The position numbers and the translations under genes were made by a program. This document shows, piece after piece, positions 13,333 to 25,349 of a stretch of 64,000 bases of DNA; the stretch's first letter is position 1; each line of letters opens with the position of its first letter. Source of the stretch: Azolla caroliniana (lineage: Eukaryota > Plantae > Polypodiophyta); NCBI GenBank assembly GCA_043228905.1, contig JBHGNT010000007.1, positions 7,068,001 through 7,132,000 of the forward strand. The letters are read 5' to 3'. The notes below the pieces were generated by a model. That model searched no databases. It saw only the letters and a list, made by a program, of their open reading frames with translations, and was not told where the DNA came from.

Positions 13333-15454
13333 CCTCGGGTTTCGCTGCCAAGGGCCTCGCGGTTACGCTCGTGGTTTGGTCGCACCGTTAGGAACTGGAC
13401 CGAGTGACGCCCGTCCTGGCTCTTGACTCTTGCATAGGCTGAACCGTTGTCCAGCACCTTGGTCTCCATCCGTGCCGCCGTGATATATGGTTCTCCCAGT
13501 ATAACCGGATGCGAGGACGTCTCCTGCACGAAGAAGTGCCGGTCGATCTCGACATCGCCGATTTTCACCCGTACGTTCGGACAGGCCCCATGTAGTTCTT
13601 CCGTGGTGCGCGTCGTTGCCCGTATCTTCCAACCATGCTTGGTGTTGATCGGCCACTTACCCTTCTTGTAGAAATCCATGGACATTAGGTTGATTTCGGA
13701 TCCATGGTCTACCAACGCCACCACCGGTTCCAGAACGTTGTCGATCCGTACAGGGGTTTCCGTAGTCGCCCTGGCCCAATGCGGCTTCGTGTAGTGGCTT
13801 CCTGCCAGCTCATCTTCCAGGGCTTCGTCTTCCAGGTGTGTGGTCCGCACTTCCACCGCCTTCTTCGGTTCCGGCTCCGTCGAGAGCCTCTTCCGCTTCA
13901 CCAAGTCTACGATAGAGTCATGGAACTCCCTCTTGGCGATTCCCAGCACCTCCCGCAACGACAACTCCACTTTACTATCGAGGATTCACTCTTCAAGGAC
14001 CTTCCGTAGGTCCGTTGCTCTCTCGATTTCGGTGCTCAACCGAAACCCCGCCTGCTTCTTCCCATCCGGCACGCCTGGGTTGCCGGCACCAGTCGGTTTC
14101 GGCCCGAACTGGGTCTCATACCTCGGGGCCCCAACCCCTCCGGCCTTTCCTGCCCGTTTGTCCTCCACCAGAACTTCGTAGTTCTGGCAAGTGGCTTCTA
14201 CGAAGCCCGTTTTCTCTTCCATCGGATCGTCCCAACCGGTGACCTCCTGGACCCGTTGTTCCACGCAGTCCGCCTCTTCGTTCCTCAGCTGAACTCTGGA
14301 GAGGCCTTCTAACACTAGCAGCCAGAATTCGGAGTCCTTCGCCTTCCGGATCTCATCACCCCCGACCCGAATTCCCACCGACACTGAGTAGTTAACGACT
14401 TCGACGTGTCGTGCCGCGGCCTCTTCCATCAACCTCTTCATTCCGCCGCGCCCCGTATTCAGTTCCAGGGCTCTCCGGGTCTCGCTCGCGTGCACCCGCT
14501 CGTTCCAGAGGTACACCACGTTGGTCCTGAGTGCGTCGGCGAAATCCGCGCAATCCTTCTGAATGTGACCGATCGTGTCACACCACATGCATCGCTGCCC
14601 AGCCGGCGGCCTCCGGTCGCGAGGTGGTTCACTGCTATCTCTCTGTGCTTGTGCGATCTGCAGGTCATGCACCATCTGGGTTAGCTCCTCCAGAGCCGCT
14701 CCTCCGGATGGGCCTCTGACCACTTCGCTCGATGCCGACCCCGACTCCGACCAGATTCAGGTCTCTTCCTTCCTCCCAGCCGGCACCGAAACCGGCTCCT
14801 CGAGCCTCCTCCCCAGGACCAGCCCCGACCCGACGTGCTTTCGTCGCTCCAATCGCGCCGTTTGTCAAAACGGTTGCAGACCCTTTTTACCACGGTCCAA
14901 TCCGTCGTGAGCCCTTCGTCCGTCTCCAATAGGGGACCCACGTTTTCCCTGTCGAGCGCATCCACCGACTTGACAAACAGCAGCACTCGACTTGTTTCGA
15001 GCACCGTCCGGTCCAGCGTCGATAGCCGCGCGAACCGTTTTTCGAACTCCTGGAGGAGCACCGATGTGTTCCTCCCTTTTCCGGGGCTTTCCACCCATGC
15101 CATGAAGTCCCACCTTGGCAGCCGGAGCGAGTCGTCAAACCCGTACTTCTCGAGGAACTGCAACTTGAACTCCTCCCAAGCCTGGCATCCGGCCAGCACC
15201 TCGAGCACCTCCGCATGGATGCCCGACGTCACCACCCGAGGGAATCCGGACAACCACCTGTCCACCGGGATATCCCTCATGATCATTTCGGCCCGGTAAG
15301 CCTCCAAATAACTTGTGGCGTCTTTCCCTCCGAAACGGCCTATAGAGCCGACGATCGATTCAATGGCTCTGTCGAGGGTACCCGTTCCCTCACGAGCGCT
15401 CACTAGCCGGTCGACGGCCACCGCCTTTGCCTCTACTAGCTCCAATCCCCTCAT
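13323..15454 (-). pseudogene. Gypsy gag-protease ORF (one frameshift, one internal TGA)
   Basis: ATG at 15454; zinc knuckle CMWCDTIGHIQKDC; protease ALVDHGSEINLM and VILGEPY in the same frame as the knuckle. Confidence 0.85.
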
Positions 15455-15477
15455 CTTTCAACTCCTTTGCCGCCTTG

Positions 15478-15495
15478 TTCACGTCGGGTTCACCA
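15478..15495 (-). promoter_or_regulatory. Primer-binding site complementary to the tRNA-Trp 3' end
   Basis: Minus strand TGGTGAACCCGACGTGAA, 4 nt from the 5' LTR; matches the plant tRNA-Trp 3' end TTCACGTCGGGTTCACCA as I recall it. Confidence 0.8.
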
Positions 15496-15499
15496 AATA

Positions 15500-16141
15500 T
15501 GTCGCGTTGTTACGCGCGTACGAGTAGAAAGGGGCGGGACCACGGGGGTCCTAGACCGAGGAGCGAGAGAGAGAGAGATACAGAGAGAGAGAGAGAAAGA
15601 TTCACTGACACGTAGAAGCGAGGAAGAGAGAAACGAGACGTAACACTTAATTATAATGACAGATATTACAAAACCCTAACAGTTACAGCCGACGAGGTGG
15701 CGACGGACCCGACACGGGGACCCTACTCACACACCCCAACGACAGTCACCCGACTCCAAGAAACAAAGGGAAAAGGGAGCGACTCTGCTGGAAGCACACG
15801 GGCTGTCCACGAAGCAGAGGCAGCGCACCCCCCCCACAGGCGGCGACGGACCCACAGAGAACGACGACCCGAGGAGTAGAGAGAGAGCTCGGCTTTTCTT
15901 CTGTAGCAACACTCCCTCCTCCTTCTCCCTCACGCGTGATACCTATTTTTCTCTTCTCTTCTTCCTTTTATTCCCTGTCCCCTCTGTGGGATACACACAA
16001 TCCCCTCTAATAAATGCGCGTGGGATAGTAGTCACGTCCATCAGTTCGTGTACAAAGTATACAATCACGCGTCCATCCGTGTAGGGGCCGGTTCACGCGC
16101 TTTCTCTCCGATTCCGCCTGTGGCCGGTTTTCTTCACGACA
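15500..16141 (-). repeat. 5' LTR of Gypsy 8526-16141
   Basis: Direct repeat of 8526-9151 with scattered transitions and one ~16-bp indel. Confidence 0.95.
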
Positions 16142-18307
16142 CCGGTTCTCAGGGTCCCATAGCCGGTAGCCAAAATCCCCATCGGTTCCATAACCGAGAA
16201 ATATGCATTTTGTTGCATGGGGTGCCAACTTGGTCCTTTTCTCCCTGGGGATGAACGCGTAGGCATCGTATCCAAATACACGGAGCCTATCGTAGGTCGG
16301 TTGTTTGCCTGACCATAGTGTTTGTGGCACTTCGAGCTTGGTTGCCTTCAACGGTGATAGATTTACCAAGTATACTGCCGTCTGCAATGCTTCAGCCCAG
16401 AATTCTAGCTTCAGTCTAGCTTATTGGAGCATTGTCGTCACCCTCTCCTGGATCGTTCAGTTGATCCATTCTGCCACTCCATTCTGCATGGGTGTGTAAG
16501 GAACGGTCTTTTGATGTTGGATCCCTTTGTTAGACAGGTACTGCTTGAAGGATCTAGAGGTATATTCGCTTCCGTTGTCGGATCAGAGTGTCTTCACTCT
16601 GTGTCATGACCAATTCTCCACTTCAAATGTCCACCGAGTGAAGACCTCGAGCGCTTTGTCTTTGGACCTGATCGAGTAGGCCCAAACCTTCCGTGTATAA
16701 TCATCTACAAAGGTGATTGAGTATTGGGAGCCTCCTAGTGATTGCTCTGGCATGGGCCCACATATGTATGTGCGCATGAGATCTAGGAGCTTTTGTATCG
16801 TCTCGTAGTGGAGAGCATGTGGACTTCGGGTTTGTTTCCCGTATCGACAATGCTCATAGAAGTCCATCTTTGCTTGGAGTTTAGGGATGTCACCGACCGC
16901 CATCAACCGATCAAGTCCAGCTTGAGATATATGACCAAGTCTACCATGCCATAGGTTTGGGTCAGTCTTTTCAGCTATGTTCACGGCCCCTTCTGGATTG
17001 ATCGCCATTAATGGGTACGAGTTATTGTACTTGTGCCCGCCTTCTATCTTCGCGTTTCCTCGACTGATCATCCATACTGACTCACTTAGAGTTGTTTTGT
17101 ACCTGTCTCTGGCTAGCATGCCGATGGAGACCAGACTCCTTTTCAGATATGGTACATGCCGAACTCGCTGGAGGGTGATCATGTTGCCATTGGGCAATCG
17201 GATGGGAAGCTGTCCAGTTCCTGCGATTCTACGCTCCTGCCCATTGCCTAGTTGGATTGTGCCGTTGGCGTCAACTGAATAGTTTGAAAACCATTCAATG
17301 TTGGGGGTCACGTGGAATGTGGCACCAGAATCCAGTAACCATGTGTGTGCATCCTGTGCAGTGTAGGGGACTTCTCCGAACATTGAGTCCTCTAAAGAAA
17401 GGATTTCTCCCGATCGAGTGTCAGGAATGTTGATTTGGTTGCCTACTGGAGAGTGGTCTGAGTTGGACTATCCTCGATTTCGTTCAGATCACCAACCACT
17501 CTCTTTCCTCTTGATCGACTAGCAGTTGGAAACATTGTGGCCAACTTTTCTACAGTGTGTGCAAAATTCGCTTGATCGGCCCGTTCTCGACTTCGACTGT
17601 TGTCGGTCTCTCCTCGTTTTTGATCGGTTGGTATTCCGATTGGTTCTCTCAGCTTGTTCTCTCATTCAATTCTTTCAGTCGAACAACTCTGTCAAGTGAT
17701 GGGCTTCTACTGATTCATTTATGGTAAGTGCCATTGATTTTCATTGAATGTCCTCGATGAGGACTTGGCAGATTGTCTCATCCAGATTTAGGATCGGTCG
17801 GCTATTGGCGTATGTCATGCAGAATACCTCACAACTCGATAGGTATGGCAAGCTCAATAGGAGGGCAAGGGCTTTCACTTCTTCTTCGAAGTTGATCCCT
17901 TGTGAGAAGAGTTCTAACAGCACCTGATTGAAGGTGTTGATGTGAGAGGTGGCCAGATCGGTCTCTCTCATCTTCATGGTGAACAATTGTTTGATCAAGA
18001 TCAGTTTTGAAGATGAGGACTTTTTCTCGTACACGGCTTGTAGCTTCTCCCATAATGAGAATGTTATCGTCTCTTTTGCCATGCTGAAGTAGACGTTTTC
18101 GGCTAGGTGCATTCGAATGGTGGAGCGTGCGATTTTGTCCATTGATCTCCACTCATTGGTTGACATTGAAGCAGGCTTTTCGAAGTGTCGAATGACCTCG
18201 GCCTGTCTTCGAATAATCAGTACATCCTGCATCATCTCCTTCCATAGGGCAAAGTTTTTGCCGTCAAATTTTCGAAGCTCAACTCTTGTACCAGATGTTG
18301 ATGCCAT
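16142..18307 (-). pseudogene. Copia gag, protease and integrase (disrupted)
   Basis: KFDGKNFALWK (gag), WLLDSGATFHVT (PR), LWHGRLGH and TFVDDYTRKVW (IN), KCIFLGYG. Confidence 0.9.
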
Positions 18308-18393
18308 GATTCTTTTGAAAGTGAGTTTTTCTTTTCAACCCCTTTTTTGTTGTTGTTTGTTGCCGTCGAGCCGCGGATCACTCTAATACCAGT

Positions 18394-18680
18394 TGAAAGA
18401 CAGATATGCATGGAAACGTATGTGAGGACCTGTCGATTATGCTTAGAAAACAACACAGAGGGAGGCAAGAAGATATAGACAAATGATAGATACACACATA
18501 TAAAGCTTTAATGGAAGCTCTCTTTATTTTTGCTCTCTCTGTCACAAAGACTCGATGTACATGATGATCAAGTGATCTCTTCTTTACAACGTTAGGTTAT
18601 TACTTATATACTAAGCCCTAACAATATGGATGAGTTCACACTAGGATACAAAGTGGAAGGAGTCGGCCTTTTTTCCAACA
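18394..18680 (-). repeat. 5' LTR of Copia 5894-18680
   Basis: Direct repeat of 5894-6200, adjacent to the PBS. Confidence 0.93.
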
Positions 18681-18999
18681 TTTAGTTGTGACATTCTTCC
18701 TTTCGGTAAGTAGCAAATGGTTTTTTTAACCTAGTTTTTGTCACTTCTCTCATATAGATAGTGACCTATTTCCCCCCTATTCCTTATAATATTCGCTTGT
18801 TACTCACAAGGCTATGATACTATTTGCGAGCTCTCTTGTTTTTGCATGTAATACACTCTCTTGACCATACCACACATTTGGATTGACAATTTAATAGACT
18901 CAAATATTTTGAAAATTACATCGATTCTTGAACCATGGTTGAGTCTCAGAGAAAGACATATTAATTATGTTTCCCCACACGGGTTTTAAAATGCCATAG

Positions 19000-21020
19000 T
19001 GTTAGCATAGTTATTGGATCTCCAATCAGATCTCATATTTGAGAGGAGTAAAGACATTAGATGCTTTCTTAGATAATTTTCTTCCAAACAAAATTTGTCT
19101 TGAATTTTCTGAATCTCCTTATTTACATTGCATATACACAGCGCACATCATGCCAGAACAAGTCTTGAAAACTGTTAATCTTTGGGAGTTTCACTTTAAG
19201 CTCCATCCCAAGCAAGGCACTTTAAATTTTGGTTACATTGATCATGAGTTAGGTGGTCGAGTTGTTGCCTGCTGACAAGGTCTGAGGATTGGAAAGAACC
19301 TACCCATAACTTGGGAAGACTTCATTGATATTTTCAAGAAATAGTTCTTGTATCCACCATCTCAGATTAATCAAGCGCAATACTTGCTCACGTTGTTGAG
19401 CAAGTCATTTATCTCTCTCTCAAAGGTTATGTGAAATCCAGACATTGGGACTTATGGATGAGAAATGGTTTGTTGCTTGTCTACTGAATGGTATACTGTA
19501 TTCTCAAAGGGGATTACCATTGGATTGTCCATGACAAGTACCCCACAACTTTCAAGGAAGTTGTCGACATTGTACTTTAGTACCATAGGACTTCCAAGAA
19601 AGATTGTAATAAACTTGAGTTTGCCAAAACTTCGAATGTCAAGCTCATTGGGAAACGTAAGCAATCCAGTGACACTCTTGGCAGTGACTCTTAAAAATCG
19701 AACCTTTTCTATACATCTTGCAAGAAACAGAGCCACAAAATGGACACATGTCATCGTTTTGAGAGGAAGTTAATGTACGCACACTCCTCAAGACAAATTG
19801 ACGAGTCACACAGGTGAGTCTTTTGATGTTCTTGAAGTTTATATCAACCGCTTAAGTGTATTTACAACACTTTTCCTTCACATTTACTTGGATCTAATGA
19901 GTTACTCGGAGTACTTGATATATCAATGTAAAATAAGCACATTTCTTGTTTGATACTGGTACCTCTCTAAAAAAAATAATGATCAACTTGGTGCATCAAA
20001 TGGAGCTCCACATAAACGAAAGTGATCGTATCTATCAAGTTCACATGACTGAAGGCGCCCAATATGTACATCAATGACATTGTTGATCAATTGTCAATTA
20101 AAATAAATACATATATGAAGAAGGTTGACTTTCATGTTATGAAACTACAATCCATAAATGTCATTTTAGGATACCCTTGTTTTTTTCTATAAAAACCCTT
20201 CTTTGTCCATTGATTGGGTTAATCAGTCAATCACATTTGAACATATCAATCGTAAGCATTTTGTTCAATTTTCAACTCTTCCTTCTCGTTGACTTATGTA
20301 TTACAAAACTTTAGTGAGTATTCTAGTTGATCAATTTATTCGAGTGTAATTGATCTAATGTTTCAATTTATTATTATTATTTTTTAAATATTGACGGCAA
20401 CACACAATTACCACATTATGAATGGAAGTTACTCAACTCTATTTTAGAATATTTCAAGACGTGTATCCTAATGAATTACCACTTATGACAACTTTTCTTT
20501 ATTATATAATTTTTTACATAACAATATGTGCACAATCTATTTCCCTTTTTTTTTCTCTTCCCCCCCTTTTTTTACATGTGCTAGCATATTTCCTCTCTCT
20601 TTGTTTTTCCCCATGCTTGCACTCCATTCCTTTGCCCTTGTTCACCCGCATTTCGCACCTTTGACATGCCACATCACAACAATCGTGTAGATAATTATTA
20701 AGTGTGTTATCAATAAAGTAGTCAAGTGTGAACACAATAGGGCCTAGGATTTTTGTCTATATAAGGAGGCTAACTACCTTCTTATCAAGGGTGGCTTGAC
20801 TTATGTTGAGTCTATGATAGTGTGGCTATGGCTCTTGTAAAGCATGTGCCATCATCGCATAACCCAAGGTACAACTCACATCAACCCTAAATGGTATGAG
20901 ACATTGAAGAAGGTCGAGTCCATCTCACGTTGTTGTTAGGGGGAGGTGGGATGGTTTGGCATCTCACTCTTTCCTTTCTTTGGTCTATAATTTTTTATGT
21001 TTTACGTTCGTCTTAGGTGA
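19000..21020 (+). mobile_element. Ancient Gypsy gag/protease remnant followed by an LTR-like segment (~20620-21020)
   Basis: Residual motifs TWEDFIDIFKK (~19309), LFDTG (~19946), VILGYP (~20160), FQDVYPNELP (~20452); LTR-like part resembles 24660-24735 plus 28810-28975. Confidence 0.55.
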
Positions 21021-24000
21021 GCCGAAGTGAGTTTCTCCTTGGGTGGAGGACCTTGGCAACATGGCTTGGAATCTACAGGCAAAGGGTATCAAAGTAAAAC
21101 AAAACAAAACTACAAAATAGATTTGAAAAAAAAACATCTTTTGCATTTTTTATAATTTTGTATTTTGTATTTTTATTGAAAAAAACAAAACAAAAAAACT
21201 CGACGATCGCCACAGTGGCCATATGCGGCAACAACCAACAAGTAAGCTCAACATTCCGCTACAATATATGGCATGGAACCCTGCATGGTGGCTCTAGAGC
21301 CCCGCCATAGAGTGGTCGGTGGGCAATTGAAGTGCCGCCACATCAACCATTGTAGGCGGCTATGTAGGTCACCCTTGTAGTAAAACATTGACTGTGCCTT
21401 AATCGGCTACGTGAGATGATGAGTTGGATGCTTGTAGAGTAGCAAGTAAAATCTTGTTTGTGGATCAAGAAAACAAGGTTACAATAGAGAGTGTGGTGCA
21501 TTGTTCATTCACTTAGAGAAGACACAGAGATAAAGACAATTACACAGGCAATTAGAGCTCAAAAACACATTCGTATATTATCTTGCTAGAACATCTTTAC
21601 AAGATACAATTTCTCTCTCTTATAGTAAGGGTAACTAAGACCTAAGCCCTAATTATAAGAATGTTCACACTAGGAATACAAATTTGGGTGGAGTAGGACT
21701 TTTAGTCCAACAAAATCCCCCGTAAAAGGACTACTCTAATTGTTTACATAATGTGAATTTATAAGTTGGTCGGCTAGTTGCCGAATCGGCGGTGGTAGTG
21801 TCGGCTAGTAGCCGAATCAGCAAATTGCCAGATTGGATTTCAGCCCTTTGGCCATCGGCTTCTCTTGGCGATTGGTCCTTGTACCTCCTTGTTGAGAAGC
21901 AAGCTCAACATGGATCGGATCAGTTGAAGAAGCTGAGAGTTGGATCAGATATAGGCCGATTGGTTAGGCCTGGATTGGCTGAAGAAGCCGACAGACGAGT
22001 CAACCAAGAGAGGCCGATAAAGTCGTTAGGACCGAACATAGTATTGGGAATATTATGTTCAGTTAGTGTTAGATGCTCCTTTATTAGCATTCAAGTACTT
22101 GTTAGTACTTGTGTTAGCCCATTGTCAGCGCTTGTATAAAAACTGTTGTATGAGCACATTTGTAAGTAATGAGTCATTTTTAATAGAAGTTTTTTCTTGT
22201 TGTTTGCTCACTCGGTCTTTGCCTTGGTAGGTTAGCTCAGAAATACAGGCCGATTCAGACGACTATCTACACGAGGGCTGATTCAGACGACTATCGACTA
22301 TCTACAAGGAGCATCGACTATCTCCTTTTTTGGCTTTCAGTCGATGCTCCTTGTAAAGGAGGACCACATAGGTGTGTCAATAAGCATGCACGTAGATAGC
22401 AAGATGTTGTACATGGAGACAGATCTGCCACGAGGCGGATCGGCACACAATGGAGGCAGTTGACAGGAACAGAATCGGAGGCATAATAGAAATGCCAACA
22501 ACATGAACTCTCCATGAGCAGGAGGAGTCAGGGTGGTGCTAGAAGTCAGCAAAACAAAGCCACCGATTGCTGGTATTATGGCTGGAAGGGCCACAAAGAG
22601 AGCGAGTGTTGGAAGAAGAAATCAGAATCTTCACACTGAGTCGAATCAAACTATGTTGATGAGAAAGGCGGCAAAGATCGCACTACGCTCAAGGCTCAAG
22701 GTGAGCCGGAATGGGCCCTACATTCGTGATGAAGCACAAAGCCAACTTGATGGCGGTGAGCACGTCGAAGCTGAATGAGGTGTGGTACGTGGATTTTGGG
22801 GCATCCAACCACATGACGAACCATGAAGAATGGTTCTCCTATCTTGAGAAATCAGAATAGCCAGGGGTCGTTGAAACCGACGACGACACCCCTCATCCCA
22901 TCGAACACATCAGGGACATGTCCCTCTGAGCCATGTCGGCTAAAGAGGAATAATGAGGAACATCATGCATGTCTCGACGATCACGAAGAATCTGGTGTTG
23001 GTTCACTCACCTTGGGTGCTTCATTCAAGAAGAAGGCCAAATTATAACACAAGGATGTTTATCCTCGAGACGAACAACATTGGCACTGCAATGTTCGTCA
23101 AAGGCCAAAAGGTCGAGTCAAACATCGACTTATGACAGAAGTGGATTGGCCATGTCAATTGCTCGAGGCTTCAAGAGATGTAGATGAAGAACATTGTTTT
23201 CGGTTTGCTGAAATTAAGTGGCCGGAAGGGCCAAGTTTGTGAAGCCTGCAAGCTCAGGAATCAACACTGACTTTCATTCCCCAGTGAGAGAAATTGGAGC
23301 CGTAACAAGCTCAATTTGATCCATTCGGATGTTTGGGGTCTAAAAAACGTGAGGATCGGTGGTAGCCATTACTTTGTAACCTTCATCTATGACTACACTC
23401 GACATTCTTGGGCGTGCTTCATCGAGAAGAAGAGCGAAGTCTTCGCTTGCTTCCCAAAGGTGAAAAGCCTTGCCGAATGGGAGACATGATGGAAGATCAA
23501 GTGCCTCCAAATCGATGGTGAAAAAGAGTACTTTTCTAGCCAATTCACATGCTATTTGTAGAAGGAGGGAATTCGACATGAATTCTCCTGCAGATATTAC
23601 GCCAAGCGGAAGTATCGGACGATCGAAGAAACAACTAGGGCAATGCTTGAAGAAAAGCATATGCCCAAGTTCTACTAGGTTGAAACCGTCAGGACGACTG
23701 CATACCTACAGAATCAAACAACTGCAAATGGAGGAGTGTCACCACATGTCAAGCTTTATTTCAGGCGCAAGACGAATTTGGGACACTTGAGGGTGTTCGA
23801 CAACATAACATATGTACATATGTTGAAAGAGAAGCGGATGAAGCTGGATGCCAAAGCTGAGAAGTGCATTCTCATCAGCTACTCGAACGAACAGAAATGT
23901 TATAAATGATGTATCCCTAGGACAAAATAGGTTCAAGTTAGGCGTGATATCGTATTTGATGAATCAGCCTCTTGGTATCAACCTCTAACCAATCTGACCC

Positions 24001-25349
24001 TCGTGGCCTCCTAGCTGAATTCTGAGGATGAGGTCAGTGAAGCCGAGATGATATTCGATGAGGAAGAGACCGACACTCTAGAAGAGAGTCCAATCTCATT
24101 CCGACTAAGAGGGCTGAATGAGGAGTTGAGCTAGAATGACTAGCCGATTGACATGTCGGTGAGCAACGAGGACTCGGCCATGCAATCCCAACGTACGAAG
24201 CTGAGGAGATGGCTAACACACAAGGAGAAGGGGAAGAAAAAGATGCCGGAGTACAACACTAAAGCAGTCGCGTTGGATCGGAGTAAGGCCAGGAGCGAAG
24301 GCATACCTCAAGAGTTGAGGTCGGAATTGGCCAAGAGGGCCTTGAAGACGGCCAAGGAAAGGTTGTGTCGATCAACCCACCGGAAGAATCTTGTTATCAG
24401 GGACAGATATAATGAGTACATGGCGCATCATATGCGTACATGACCAAAGTAGAGGAGATACGCGAGCCAGAGGGCTATGCGTGTCGGATATGAAGTTGAT
24501 GATGCGGAAGTTGAGACTTGTTGTGTTACGAGCATGACCATATAATATCTCGTGGTGAGAATTTACCATAGTATTCTATACACGTGGATAAAGTGTGAGG
24601 GTTAAACGAGTGTCAAGAAGGGGAGGATTACTTTTAATATTCGAGATTGAGACAACCTATTAGGCCAAGTGTGAACTTGCATGGGGGCCTTAGGTCTGGC
24701 TATAAATATGAGGCCTAGCTACCCTCATTTGACACTGTTGAGATATCAAGCTCAACTAGTTTAATCTAGTTAGTCAACACATGTAACTTAGTAGTTACCT
24801 AGATCGAATCTAGTTAATGTGTTGACCTTAAGCCTTTAAATAGGACCTTGTACTTAAGTGGGATATTCTAGATCCTCCACTCCTTAGTACATTTAATGTA
24901 GGACTTACACATAAGTACCTATGTTCTACCCACACATGTGCACCTTTGCACATGGGTTGTATATATACCTCATTGTGGGTATTTTTGTATGTCGATGACA
25001 CTTTTCAATATAGTCAATCATCCCCATTTATCTTTGTGTTCAAGTGTAACTTCCTCTCTCTCTCTCTTCCTCTCACACACTCTCACGAGCATATCATACT
25101 AATCTTCCGCTACTTAACGTAACCATATAATTAGTCTCTAATTAACCCTAGTTAATTACCTAATTACTTAACATGGTATCAGAGCGCGTGGTTTAGGAAA
25201 TCCACTAAGCCCACCGCTTATTCGTGATTGTGTGTTCGAGACGCCGACGACAAATCCCGGCTATTTGCTATCCGCTACCGTAGTGCCGCTACGAAGGACC
25301 TGTACGCGACCAAGAGAAGAAAAACAAAACGGAAGACACAACAATCAAC

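Larger units (their letters stand above)
8526..16141 (-). mobile_element. GC-rich non-chromoviral Ty3/Gypsy element with fungal-like RT, nested in the Copia integrase
   Basis: LTRs 8526-9151 and 15500-16141. 4-bp TSD CCGG at 8522-8525 and 16142-16145; removing the element restores host WDPENRKLIRSSDVVFNE. PPT 9152-9163. Order gag-PR-RT-RH-IN. Confidence 0.95.
5894..18680 (-). mobile_element. Full-length degenerate Ty1/Copia element interrupted by a nested Gypsy element
   Basis: LTRs 5894-6200 and 18394-18680 (TG...CA). 5-bp TSD TTTAG at 5889-5893 and 18681-18685. PBS TGGTATTAGAG at 18381-18391 (tRNA-iMet type). PPT 6201-6212. Domain order gag-PR-IN-RT-RH. Confidence 0.95.

Noticed and set aside
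9221-15933. Many overlapping and antisense ORFs (e.g. 12611-13426 +, 271 aa)
   Set aside because: Expected shadows of GC-rich gag-pol coding sequence and LTRs; no independent motifs.
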